From positions 1 to 36,275 of the forward strand of contig JAUCBJ010003586.1 in assembly GCA_032718475.1 (NCBI GenBank): a stretch of 36,275 bases of DNA, read 5' to 3'. Source of the DNA: Nemertoderma westbladi. Taxonomy: Eukaryota > Animalia > Xenacoelomorpha. Shown here one piece after another: positions 10,417 through 24,115 of this stretch. The notes beneath the pieces were generated by a model. That model did no database searches and was not told the origin of the DNA. It was given only the letters and a program-made list of their open reading frames with translations. Positions within the stretch are counted from its first letter, which is position 1, and every line of letters starts with the position of its first letter. The translations under genes were made by a program, and so were the position numbers.

Positions 10417-13400
10417 TGTACGAGTGCGACACACACTTTAGTGTACGTGTGTGACACAGACTCTAGTGTACGAGTGCGACACAGACTCTAGTGTACGAGT
10501 GCGACACACACTTTAGTGTACGTGTGTGACACAGACTCTAGTGTACGAGTGCGACACAGACTCTAGTGTACGAGTGCGACACAGACTCTAGTGTACGAGT
10601 GCGACACAGACTCTAGTGTACGAGTGCGACACAGACTCTAGTGTACGAGTGTGACACAGACTCTAGTGTACGAGTGTGACACAGACTCTAGTGTATGAGT
10701 GTGACACAGACTCAAGGGTACGAGTGCGACACAGACTCTAGTGTACGAGTGCGACACAGACTCTAGTGTACGAGTGCGACACAGACTCTAGTGTACGAGT
10801 GCGACACAGACTCCAGTGTACGAGTGTGATACAGACTCTAGTGTACGAGTGTGACACAGACTCTCGTGTATGAGTGTGACACAGACTCAAGGGTACGAGT
10901 GCGACACAGACTCTAGTGTACGAGTGTGGCACAGACTCCAGTGTACGAGTGTGATACAGACTCTAGTGTACGAGTGTGATACAGACTCTAGTGTACGAGT
11001 GCGACACAGACTCTAGTGTACGAGTGCGACACAGACTCTAGTGTACGAGTGCGACACAGACTCTAGTGTACGAGTGTGACACAGGCTCTAGTGTACGAGT
11101 GGGACACAGACTCTAGTGTACGAGTGCGACACAGCCTCTAGTGTACGAGTGTGACACAGACTCTAGTGTATGAGTGTGACACAGACTCAAGGGTACGAGT
11201 GCGACACAGACTCTAGTGTACGAGTGTGGCACAGACTCCAGTGTACGAGTGTGATACAGACTCTAGTGTACGAGTGTGATACAGACTCTAGTGTAATAGT
11301 GTGATACAGACTCTAGTGTACGAGTGCGACACAGACTCTAGTGTACGAGTGTGACACAGACTCTCGTGTATGAGTGTGACACAGACTCAAGAGTACGAGT
11401 GCGACACAGACTCTAGTGTACGAGTGGGGCACATACTCCAGTGTACGAGTGTGATACAGACTCTAGTGTACGAGTGTGATACAGACTCTAGTGTACGAGT
11501 GCGACACAGACTCTAGTGTACGAGTGCGACACAGACTCTAGTGTACGAGTGCGACACAGACTCTAATGTACGAGTGTGACACAGACTCTAGTGTACGAGT
11601 GGGACGCAGACTCTAGTGTACGAGTGCGACACAGACTCTAGTGTACGAGTGTGACACAGACTCTAGTGTATGAGTGTGACACAGACTCAAGGGTACGAGT
11701 GCGACACAGACTCTAGTGTACGAGTGTGGCACAGACTCCAGTGTACGAGTGTGATACAGACTTTAGTGTACGAGTGTGATACAGACTCTAGTGTACGAGT
11801 GCGACACACACTCTAGTGTACGAGTGCGACACAGACTCTAGTGTACGAGTGCGACACAGACTCTAGTGTACGAGTGCGACACAGACTCTAGTGTACGAGT
11901 GTAACACAGACTGTAGTGTATAAGTGTGACACAGACTCAAGGGTACGAGTGCGACACAGACTCTAGTGTACGAGTGTGACACAGACTCTAGTGTACGAGT
12001 GTGGCACAGACTCTAGTGTACGAGTGTGACACAGACTCTAGTGTACGAGTGTGACACAGACTCTAGTGTACGAGTGTGGCACAGACTCTAGTGTACGAGT
12101 GTGACACAGACTGTAGTGTACGAGTGTGACACAGACTCTAGTGTACGAGTGCGACACAGACTCTAGTGTACGAGTGCGACACAGACTCTAGTGTACGAGT
12201 GCGACACAGGCTCTAGTGTACGAGTGCGACACAGACTCTAGTGTACGAGTGCGACACAGACTCTAGTGTACGAGTGCGACACAGACTCTAGTGTACGAGT
12301 GCGACACAGACTGTAGTGTATAAGTGTGACACAGACTCAAGGGTACGAGTGCGACACAGACTCTAGTGTACGAGTGTGACACAGACTCTAGTGTACGAGT
12401 GTGACACAGACTCTAGTGCACGAGTGTGACACAGACTGTAGTGTACGAGTGTGACACAGACTCTAGTGTACGAGTGCGACACAGACTCTAGTGTACGAGT
12501 GCGACACAGACTCTAGTGTACGAGTGCGACACAGACTCTAGTGTATGAGTGTGACACAGACTCAAGAGTACGAGTGCGACACAGACTCTAGTGTACGAGT
12601 GGGGCACATACTCCAGTGTACGAGTGTGATACAGACTCTAGTGTACGAGTGTGATACAGACTCTAGTGTACGAGTGCGACACAGACTCTAGTGTACGAGT
12701 GCGACACAGACTCTAGTGTACGAGTGCGACACAGACTCTACTGTACGAGTGTGGCACAGACTCCAGTGTACGAGTGTGATACAGACTCTAGTGTACGAGT
12801 GTGATACAGACTCTAGTGTAAGAGTGTGACACAGACTCTAGTGTACGAGTGCGACACAGACTCTACTGTACGAGTGCGACACAGACTCTAGTGTACGAGT
12901 GCGACACAGACTCTAGTGTACGAGTGCGACACAGACTCTAGTGTACGAGTGTGACACAGACTCTAGTGTACGAGTGCGACACAGACTCTAGTGTACGAGT
13001 GCGACACAGACTCTAGTGTATGAGTGTGACACAGACTCAAGGGCACGAGTGCGACACAGACTCTAGTGTACGAGTGTGGCACAGACTCCAGTGTACGAGT
13101 GTGATACAGACTCTAGTGTACGAGTGTGACACAGACTATAGTGTACGAGTGTGACACAGACTCTAGTTTACGAGTGCGACACAGACTCTAGTGTACGAGT
13201 GTGACACAGACTCTAGTGTACGAGTGTGACACAGACTCTAGTGTACGAGTGCGACACAGACTCTAGTGTACGAGTGTGGCACAGACTCCAGTGTACGAGT
13301 GTGATACAGACTTTAGTGTACGAGTGTGATACAGACTCTAGTGTACGAGTGCGACACACACTCTAGTGTACGAGTGCGACACAGACTCTAGTGTACGAGT

Positions 13401-13527
13401 GCGACACAGACTCTAGTGTACGAGTGCGACACAGACTCTAGTGTACGAGTGTAACACAGACTGTAGTGTATAAGTGTGACACAGACTCTAGTGTGCGAGT
13501 GCGACACAGACTCTAGTGTACGAGTGT
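10417..13527. repeat. 25-bp minisatellite, ~124.5 copies (GTGTACGAGTGYGACACAGACTCTA)
   Basis: Register holds from 10416 to 13516 (124x25). Recurrent variants such as CTCAAGGGTAC and GTGAT. Confidence 0.99.
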
Positions 13528-14704
13528 TTTAGTCGGAATATTTATTTATGATATACGGCCCAGTCATGAATAGGGTTCTTGCACTATGTATTTCGTAACT
13601 CTAAGGTTTTATTAAACATTGTAGTTTGCAGCGACATTTCGCACACAAATGTTTTTGAAGTTCATATAACATAATCTTGATGAAGTCGGCCATTATAAAA
13701 TAATGAGAACACGATTCGGTTTCATCACGCCAGTCCACATCCGACATTTCTATGCTACCGGTATCCGAGGCTGCAGGGGCATTTCGGTAAAATATCAACG
13801 ATTTAACGTGACTTCAAGTCCTTGGGGTTTCGGATTATTCGAGTTTGTTATCAGGATTCGTAACTCATCCGGTCCACAGAGATTACAGAGGGAGTGAACG
13901 AAGAGTGAGAGAGCGAGATTAATTGGCAGCCAAGGAAATTAGGACTTCATCTTAATTTTGACACGTATTGTGTATATCAACAAGGGCCAAGGATATCACG
14001 ATTATCATTGTGACAAAAGTTAACGAAGGATGGTTTGTTTATAAAAGCTGAAATAATTACAATTTCTTGGACGAACCTTGTTGTACTGTAACTAAAAACA
14101 TAAGATTACGCTTGCTATTTATCCTATTACGGACCCTTTAAGAACTTTCGTGAAATCTTTGTAACGCAGAAAACTACCAAGGAGCTTTGCGGCCGACAGA
14201 TAGCAAAGGCTAAAAGTAATCAACAAAAACATAGAAGAAACACGAAGTGGGCTTTTCGCGCCGCATGTGACATAAACTTAATTGTCAACTCGAAATAATT
14301 TTAAGCAAAATCTAAGCACATGTCTTACCTCCTAGAGGCACACTACTGGGAAACTGCAGTCGATTTAAGACCTCAAAAAACTCAAGGATTGATTATAAAC
14401 AATAATACGAAATGGCCGAAGGTTTTCATTTCAGACAGTTCTAAAATGTATTCAATTTCAGCCCGCTAGCGGTAGACTGGAGAACTTCCGAGGAATTGTC
14501 GTCCAAACAATGACGCAGCCTATGGATGGTCTACGGTCTATCGTTTCTGGCTAGTTTCAGCTTAAATGGATTAAAATATTGGAGACGGAGCAAGGTTTTA
14601 TCTATGAGGCAGTTAACCTTTTGCGGCAGACTGGAGAACTGCACAAAGATAACCTCCATCATAAAGACGCAACATTTGGTACCGTTATAAACTACAGTAG
14701 TGTT

Positions 14705-15612
14705 TAAACGGGATTGAACGTATCGGGATTTCCGGGATCGGTACCGGGATTATCACTCTCGAGATTCCGATTTACGGGATCGTTACCGGGATTATCACTC
14801 ACGGGATCTGACTGACTGACTGACTGACTGACTGACTGACTGACTGACTGACTGACTGACTGACTGACTGACTGACTGACTGACTGACTGACTGACTGAC
14901 TGACTGACTGACTGACTGACTGACTGACTGACTGACTGACTGACTGACTGACTGACTGACTGACTGACTGACTGACTGACTGACTGACTGACTGACTGAC
15001 TGACTGACTGACTGACTGACTGACTGACTGACTGACTGACTGACTGACTGACTGACTGACTGACTGACTGACTGACTGACTGACTGACTGACTGACTGAC
15101 TGACTGACTGACTGACTGACTGACTGACTGACTGACTGACTGACTGACTGACTGACTGACTGACTGACTGACTGACTGACTGACTGACTGACTGACTGAC
15201 TGACTGACTGACTGACTGACTGACTGACTGACTGACTGACTGACTGACTGACTGACTGACTGACTGACTGACTGACTGACTGACTGACTGACTGACTGAC
15301 TGACTGACTGACTGACTGACTGACTGACTGACTGACTGACTGACTGACTGACTGACTGACTGACTGACTGACTGACTGACTGACTGACTGACTGACTGAC
15401 TGACTGACTGACTGACTGACTGACTGACTGACTGACTGACTGACTGACTGACTGACTGACTGACTGACTGACTTGATGAAATTTTGCAAGTACATTGCTT
15501 TGGTGGTTCATAATCGCGTTACAAAATTTCAGATCGATTCTATGTGTGGTATTCGATATATTTAGTTTTTGACATTATTTTGTTGCTGGTGTTCATGATG
15601 AAATATGGCTTA
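14705..15612. mobile_element. Microsatellite-bearing non-autonomous element, DINE-1/HINE (Helentron-associated)-like; boundaries approximate
   Basis: CGGGAT subrepeats, then (ACTG)n, then TTGATGAAATTTTGCA...ACAAAATTTCAGATCGAT with the inverted repeat TGAAATTTTG/CAAAATTTCA. The family call rests on architecture only. Confidence 0.5.
14808..15473. repeat. (ACTG)n tetranucleotide microsatellite, ~166 copies
   Basis: Directly visible; no interruptions seen. Confidence 0.99.
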
Positions 15613-15622
15613 AATTGTTATA

Positions 15623-15927
15623 AGGCCCGTTCCATTCTAACGGAACGGTACACCGCGCGGTGAACCGCAGGGCGGCCAGCGGTACACCGCAGACTGTGAA
15701 CGACCCAACAGGTAGTTGTGCGCTAAACCGCGCGGTTTACGTCAGCCCATTTAAACAATGTTAAAACAATTAATGTAATTTCCTGTTGAATTCACAGTTG
15801 ACATATAGACAATCAGTTACCGCAACGGGCTGTGAACGGGCTCCGTGTAGTGTGTACCGCTGGCTTACCGCTTCAATACCGCCAGACTACTTTACCGCTC
15901 ACGCACCATTGGATGTGAACGGGGCTT
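15623..15927. mobile_element. MITE with ~22-bp imperfect TIRs, PIF/Harbinger(Tourist)-like
   Basis: Left end AAGGCCCGTTCCATTCTAACGG matches the reverse complement of the right end, AAGCCCCGTTCACATCCAATGG. Flanked by TAA/TTA; GC-rich ACCGC subrepeats inside. Confidence 0.75.
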
Positions 15928-17040
15928 TACAAAGTCATAATAAAACGTGTTGGTTGCCAAGTTTTACTAGTAGGCTATAAGGAAAGGCAATGTTTACTCA
16001 CACATAAGCTGTTGATTTCTATTGTATTACTGTACCCCATAAGCTGATTGCTCTCCCAGTGTCTTCCAGTGTGTTGTGTCCTATTGCAGTTGTTACTCAC
16101 TGTGGATTGCAAAATGTTTTATAGTTGACCTACAGTATAATACAGTAGTTGCAGAGATATTCCGATTGACGACGGGGTAATACCTATAGAAGGAAACTAA
16201 ATTTGTTATTTGGCTCTATTCGTTGTTATTTATCTGGTTGTGCATCATGGGCATTTTTTATAAATATTCCGTAATCGTATCTTATATCTTGTAAACGTGC
16301 TTCATAATGAATTTATTTGCTTCATATTATATTTTTGTTAATGGTAGCTAAGTTGAATTTTGTATTATATGGGGCGAGCCACAAAGTCAGCTAGCCTCAC
16401 GCCTTGCAGTTTAGACAATTGTTTAGTTTACTTACTGCTGACTGACATAGTTCTTTGTAATACTGTAGTCTTGGCTAGGATTTTTCCCCCGGGCTCCTTC
16501 CAGCCAGCTTGCTGGCTTTCTAGTTTGTAGCTGTTAGGCGATGGAACATATTCTGTTATATCTTTACTTATCGTCTCTCAAATATTGATGAGTTTTAGTT
16601 TAGTTTCAAAGAGGTTTTGAAATTGAATGAGCCCTTAACTTGCTTGGTTAAATCTTTTTCTATGGAATATCAATTTAATTTACTGCCATTGCACCTGCCT
16701 CACACTAGCTACTCAAATGTAACAATATATTTTATATTTCTTTTATTATATGTTACTGAAATAATTTTAAACCAACTCGCCATTTTTTCACAGTGAGGTA
16801 AGTCTAGCTATTTATATTGAGTTGTTTTACTGTCATAAATCTCTTGTAATTCTACGGGATTGAATTGGTTACCAATCTACTGAGTAAGTAATTGGCCTCT
16901 GCTAACCCACTAAATCTCACTAATTAAGACCACCTTGGTGACATACCTGTACCGTAAACCTTATTAATTATTGCTTCACCGAATATCCAAAACTCCGAAA
17001 CTAAATCCAATATTCTAGCGGAATAGATTATTATGTTGAA

Positions 17041-20000
17041 ATGTTCGCGTTTAATTGAAGATATGCTGACTCGAACCGAGTTAGATATGTTCGCGTTTAA
17101 TTAAAGATATGCGACTCAAACCGAGTTAGATATGTTCGCGTTTAATTAAAGATATGCTGACTCAAACCGAGTTAGATATGTTCGCGTTTAATTAAAGATA
17201 TGCTTACTAAAACCGAGTTAGATATGTTCGCGTTTAATTAAAGATATGCTGACTAAAACCGAGTTAGATATGTTCGCGTTTAATTAAAGATATGCTTACT
17301 AAAACCGAGTTAGATATGTTCCCGATTAATTAAAGATATGCTGACTAAAACCGAGTTAGATATGTTCGCGTTTAATTAAAGATATGCTGACTCAAACCGA
17401 GTTAGATATGTTCGCGTTTAATTAAAGATATGCTTACTAAAACCGAGTTAGATATGTTCGCGTTTAATTAAAGATATGCTGACTCGAACCGAGTTAGATA
17501 TGTTCGCGTTTAATTAAAGATATGCTGCTTCATACCGAGTTAGATATGTTCGCGTTTAATTAAAGATATGCGACTCAAACCGAGTTAGATATGTTCGCGT
17601 TTAATTAAAGATATGCTGACTCTAACCGAGTTAGATATGTTCGCGATTAATTAAAGATATGCTTACTAAAACCGAGTTAGATATGTTCGCGTTTAATTAA
17701 AGATATGCGACTCAAACCGAGTTAGATATGTTCGCGTTTAATTAAAGATATGCTGACTCGAACCGAGTTAGATATGTTCGCGTTTAATTAAAGATGTGCT
17801 GACTCGAACCGAGTTAGATATGTTCGCGTTTAATTAAAGATATGCTAACTCGAACCGAGTTAGATATGTTCGCGATTAATTAAAGATATGCTTACTAAAA
17901 CCGAGTTAGATATGTTCGCGTTTAATTAAAGATATGCTGCATCATACCGAGTTAGATATATTTGCGTTTAATTAAAGATATGCTGACTAAAACCAAGTTA
18001 GATATGTTCGCGTTTAATTAAAGATATGCTGCATCATACCGAGTTAGATATGTTCGCGTTTAATTAAAGATATGCGACTCAAAACGAGTTAGATATGTTC
18101 GCGTTTAATTAAAGATATGCTGCTTCATTCCGAGTTAGATATGTTCGCGTTTAATTAAAGATATGCGACTCAAACCGAGTTAGATTTGTTCGCGTTTAAT
18201 TAAAGATATGCTGACTCGAACCGAGTTAGATATGTTCGCGTTTAATTAAAGATATGCTGACTCGAACCGAGTTAGATATGTTCGCGTTTAATTAAAGATA
18301 TGCTGACTAAAACCGAGTTAGATATGTTCGCGTTTAATTAAAGATATGCTGACTAAAACCGAGTTAGATATATTCGCGTTTAATTAAAGATATGCTGACT
18401 CAAACCGAGTTAGATATGTTCGCGTTTAATTAAAGATATGCTGACTCAAACCGAGTTAGATATATTCGCGTTTAATTAAAGATATGCTGACTAAAACCGA
18501 GTTAGATATATTCGCGTTTAATTAAAGATATGCTGACTAAAACCGAGTTAGATATGTTCGCGTTTAATTAAAGATATGTTGACTCAAACCGAGTTAGATA
18601 TGTTCGCGTTTAATTAAAGATATGCTGACTAAAACCGAGTTAGATATATTCGCGTTTAATTAAAGATATGCTGACTAAAACCGAGTTAGATATGTTCGCG
18701 TTTAATTAAAGATATGCTGACTAAAACCGAGTTAGATATGTTCGCGTTTAATTAAAGATATGCTGACTAAAACCGAGTTAGATATATTCGCGTTTAATTA
18801 AAGATATGCTGACTCAAACCGAGTTAGATATGTTCGCGTTTAATTAAAGATATGCTGACTAAAACCGAGTTAGATATATTCGCTTTTAATTAAAGATATG
18901 CTGACTCAAACCGAGTTAGATATGTTCGCGTTTAATTAAAGATATGCTGACTCTAACCAAGTTAGATATGTTCGCGTTTAATTAAAGATATGCTTACTAA
19001 AACCGAGTTAGATATGTTCGCGTTTAATTAAAGATATGCTGACTCGAACCGAGTTAGATATGTTCGCGTTTAATTAAAGATATGCTGACTCAAACCGAGT
19101 TAGATATGTTCGCGTTTAATTAAAGATATGCTGACTAAAACCGAGTTAGATATATTCGCGTTTAATTAAAGATATGCTGACTCAAACCGAGTTAGATATG
19201 TTCGCGTTTAATTAAAGATATGCTGACTCAAATCGAGTTAGATATGTTCGCGTTTAATTAAAGATATGCTGACTCTAACCAAGTTAGATATGTTCGCGTT
19301 TAATTAAAGATATGCTTACTAAAACCGAGTTAGATATGTTCGCGTTTAATTAAAGATATGCTGACTCGAACCGAGTTAGATATGTTCGCGTTTAATTAAA
19401 GATATGCTGACTCAAACCGAGTTAGATATGTTCGCGTTTAATTAAAGATATGCTGACTAAAACCGAGTTAGATATGTTCGCGTTTAATTAAAGATATGCT
19501 GACTAAAACCGAGTTAGATATATTCGCTTTTAATTAAAGATATGCTGACTCAAACCGAGTTAGATATGTTCGCGTTTAATTAAAGATATGCTGACTAAAA
19601 CCGAGTTAGATATATTCGCGTTTAATTAAAGATATGCTGACTCAAACCGAGTTAGATATGTTCGCGTTTAATTAAAGATATGCTGACTCAAACCGAGTTA
19701 GATATGTTCGCGTTTAATTAAAGATATGCTGACTCGAACCGAGTTAGATATGTTCGCGTTTAATTAAAGATATGCTGACTCAAACCGAGTTAGATATGTT
19801 CGCGTTTAATTAAAGATATGCTGACTAAAACCGAGTTAGATATGTTCGCGTTTAATTAAAGATATGCTGACTAAAACCGAGTTAGATATATTCGCTTTTA
19901 ATTAAAGACATGCTGACTCAATCCGAGTTAGATATATTCGCTTTTAATTAAAGATATGCTGACTCAAACCGAGTTAGATATGTTCGCGTTTAATTAAAGA

Positions 20001-22898
20001 TATGCTGACTCTAACCAAGTTAGATATGTTCGCGTTTAATTAAAGATATGCTGACTCAAACCGAGTTAGATATGTTCGCGTTTAATTAAAGATATGCTGA
20101 CTAAAACCGAGTTAGATATATTCGCGTTTAATTAAAGATATGCTGACTCAAACCGAGTTAGATATGTTCGCGTTTAATTAAAGATATGCTGACTAAAACC
20201 GAGTTAGATATATTCGCTTTTAATTAAAGATATGCTGACTCAAACCGAGTTAGATATGTTCGCGTTTAATTAAAGATATGCTGACTCTAACCAAGTTAGA
20301 TATGTTCGCGTTTAATTAAAGATATGCTTACTAAAACCGAGTTAGATATGTTCGCGTTTAATTAAAGATATGCTGACTCGAACCGAGTTAGATATGTTCG
20401 CGTTTAATTAAAGATATGCTGACTCAAACCGAGTTAGATATGTTCGCGTTTAATTAAAGATATGCTGACTAAAACCGAGTTAGATATATTCGCGTTTAAT
20501 TAAAGATATGCTGACTCAAACCGAGTTAGATATGTTCGCGTTTAATTAAAGATATGCTGACTCAAATCGAGTTAGATATGTTCGCGTTTAATTAAAGATA
20601 TGCTGACTCTAACCAAGTTAGATATGTTCGCGTTTAATTAAAGATATGCTTACTAAAACCGAGTTAGATATGTTCGCGTTTAATTAAAGATATGCTGACT
20701 CGAACCGAGTTAGATATGTTCGCGTTTAATTAAAGATATGCTGACTCAAACCGAGTTAGATATGTTCGCGTTTAATTAAAGATATGCTGACTAAAACCGA
20801 GTTAGATATATTCGCGTTTAATTAAAGATATGCTGACTCAAACCGAGTTAGATATGTTCGCGTTTAATTAAAGATATGCTGACTCAAATCGAGTTAGATA
20901 TGTTCGCGTTTAATTAAAGATATGCGACTCAAACCGAGTTAGATATGTTCGCGTTTAATTAAAGATATGCTTACTAAAACCGAGTTAGATATGTTCGCGT
21001 TTAATTAAAGATATGCTTACTAAAACCGAGTTAGATATGTTCGCGTTTAATTAAAGATATGCTGACTCGAACCGAGTTAGATATGTTCGCGTTTAATTAA
21101 AGATATGCTGACTCAAACCGAGTTAGATATGTTCGCGTTTAATTAAAGATATGCTTACTAAAAGCGAGTTAGATATGTTCGCGTTTAATTAAAGATATGC
21201 TTACTAAAACCGAGTTAGATATGTTCGCGTTTAATTAAAGATATGCTGACTCTAACCAAGTTAGATATGTTCGCGTTTAATTAAAGATATGCTTACTAAA
21301 ACCGAGTTAGATATGTTCGCGTTTAATTAAAGATATGCTGACTAAAACCGAGTTAGATATATTCGCGTTTAATTAAAGATATGCTGACTCAAACCGAGTT
21401 AGATATGTTCGCGTTTAATTAAAGATATGCTGACTCAAATCGAGTTAGATATGTTCGCGTTTAATTAAAGATATGCGACTCAAACCGAGTTAGATATGTT
21501 CGCGTTTAATTAAAGATATGCTTACTAAAACCGAGTTAGATATGTTCGCGTTTAATTAAAGATATGCTGACTAAAACCGAGTTAGATATGTTCGCGTTTA
21601 ATTAAAGATATGCTGACTCAAACCGAGTTAGATATTTTCGCGTTTAATTAAAGACATGCTGACTCAATCCGAGTTAGATATATTCGCGTTTAATTAAAGA
21701 TATGCTGACTCAAACCGAGTTAGATATGTTCGCGTTTAATTAAAGATATGCTGACTCAAACCGAGTTAGATATGTTCGCGTTTAATTAAAGATATGCTGA
21801 CTAAAACCAAGTTAGATATGTTCGCGTTTAATTAAAGATATGCTGACTCGAACCGAGTTAGATATGTTCGCGTTTAATTAAAGATATGCTAACTCGAACC
21901 GAGTTAGATATGTTCGCGTTTAACTAAAGATATGCGACTCAAACCGAGTTAGATATGTTCGCGTTTAATTAAAGATATGCTGCTTCATACCGAGTTAGAT
22001 ATTTTCGCGTTTAATTAAAGATATGCTGACTCAAACCGAGTTAGATATTTTCGCGTTTAATTAAAGACATGCTGACTCAATCCGAGTTAGATATATTCGC
22101 GTTTAATTAAAGATATGCTGACTCAAACCGAGTTAGATATGTTTGCGTTTAATTAAAGATATGCGACTCAAACCGAGTTAGATATGTTCGCGTTTAATTA
22201 AAGATATGCTGCTTCATACCGAGTTAGATATTTTCGCGTTTAATTAAAGATATGCTGACTCAAACCGAGTTAGATATGTTCGCGTTTAATTAAAGATATG
22301 CTGACTCAAACCGAGTTAGATATGTTCGCGTTTAATTAAAGATATGCTGACTCAAACCGAGTTAGATATGTTCGCGTTTAATTAAAGATGTGCTGACTCG
22401 AACCGAGTTAGATATGTTCGCGTTTAATTAAAGATATGCTAACTCGAACCGAGTTAGATATGTTCGCGTTTAATTAAAGATATGCGACTCAAACCGAGTT
22501 AGATATGTTCGCGTTTAATTAAAGATATGCTGCTTCATACCGAGTTAGATATTTTCGCGTTTAATTAAAGATATGCTGACTCAAACCGAGTTAGATATTT
22601 TCGCGTTTAATTAAAGACATGCTGACTCAATCCGAGTTAGATATATTCGCGTTTAATTAAAGATATGCTGACTCAAACCGAGTTAGATATGTTTGCGTTT
22701 AATTAAAGATATGCGACTCAAACCGAGTTAGATATGTTCGCGTTTAATTAAAGATATGCTGCTTCATACCGAGTTAGATATTTTCGCGTTTAATTAAAGA
22801 TATGCTGACTCAAACCGAGTTAGATATTTTCGCGTTTAATTAAAGACATGCTGACTCAATCTGAGTTAGATATATTCGCGTTTAATTAAAGATATGCT
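17041..22898. repeat. 46-bp minisatellite A, ~127.5 copies (ATGTTCGCGTTTAATTAAAGATATGCTGACTCAAACCGAGTTAGAT)
   Basis: First and last unit starts (17041, 22872) are 127x46 minus 11 apart, matching eleven 45-bp units that read ATGCGACTC. Confidence 0.99.
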
Positions 22899-22904
22899 TA
22901 TATA

Positions 22905-24115
22905 TATTTTTGATAGAGCTACCCAAGCCTTTGCTTTCCTAACTTCTATGTCCTTTTTGCTACTCTCTATCCATGATCCAAGGTACTGGAAGTCATTGAC
23001 CTTTCTTACTTGATTATTATCAATGGTTGTCAAGTTTCCATCAACATTAAAGGTCATGAATTCGGTCTTTGTAGCATTGATATACAATCCAACCTCCTTA
23101 GCAGCCCTCTCCACTTTATTTAGTAGAAGCTGTGCATCTGCTAGCGTATTAGTCATCCGCAAAGTCGGTGTCTGTGACTGTAGTTGCCGGATATCTACTA
23201 CTTCTGCGTTCTTGAAGTGTGAATCCCAGATCTTCACCCTTTGTGGCCGTCCTCATTGCGTAATCCAGCACAATTACAAATAGTAATGGTGCTAATGTGT
23301 CACCTTGCAGTACCCCAGCCAGGATTGAGGAAAACTCAGTTTCACCATTTGGTGAGAGTACCTGCGCTTCTGTGTCACAATATAACAATCCAACGCCAGC
23401 AACAATTACTTCTGGTATTCCATAAGCTCTTAGGATTTCAAGCATTTTACATCTATGGATGGAGTCGAATGCCTTCTTGAAGTCCACAAAAGTCATGACT
23501 GCGGGGAGATTCTTTGACATAATTCCTTCAATCAGTCTCCGTAGTATCTGAGCTATTGTTGATCTACTTGGTCGAAATCCGTTTTGGCTCTTACGCAGTA
23601 GTTTCTCTATGTGAGGCCTAATCCTATATAGAATCATTTTATTGTATATTTTGGCAGCTACCACAAGCAGACAGATCCCACGATAGTTTGTTGGTATGCC
23701 GAGGTCTCCTTTCTTGGGAAGAGGCTTTAGTTGACCTTTAGTCCAAATTGGTGGTGGCTTTTCCCCTTTTAACATCCGGTTGCAAACATTCAATAATGGT
23801 CTGTTTAGCACTCAGGTTTTCCATACCTCCGCTGGGATTTCATCTAATCCACTCGCTTTATTATTGGACATGCTTTTAATGCTTCTTTGGAGTTCGGCAG
23901 GTGTGAAGTCCCCTGTTTCTATAGGTAGTGTCTTGTCATATATTTTCCTTGTAGGGCTGACCTCGATGTTTGGTGTCTGCCCAAGCAAGTTGCTGAAGTG
24001 ATTTTTCAACTTCCCAACACGTTCTTCAGGACTATCGGCTTTGATGCGCCCCTTTGCACAACTTTTCCGACCAGATACCTCATTTACAGTTTGCCAGGTA
24101 AGTCTTGTGGTGCGT
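22905..24115 (-). mobile_element. Degenerate RTE-type non-LTR retrotransposon reverse transcriptase fragment, truncated at both ends, two frameshifts
   Basis: Three consecutive ORFs give KASGLDEIPAEVWK, PKKGDL..NYRGICLL, QNGFRPSRST, FVDFKKAFDSI, GVLQGDTLAPLLF, FADD, GLYINATKTEFM and FQYLGS. Frame breaks near 23812 and 23150. Confidence 0.95.

Noticed and set aside
14704-15511. (SQSV)n ORFs
   Set aside because: Translations of the (ACTG)n microsatellite.
17041-22898. CRISPR-like array (constant repeat with a variable segment); also considered for 32557-34396
   Set aside because: The variable parts are point variants of one sequence, not unique spacers. There are no cas genes and the context is eukaryotic.
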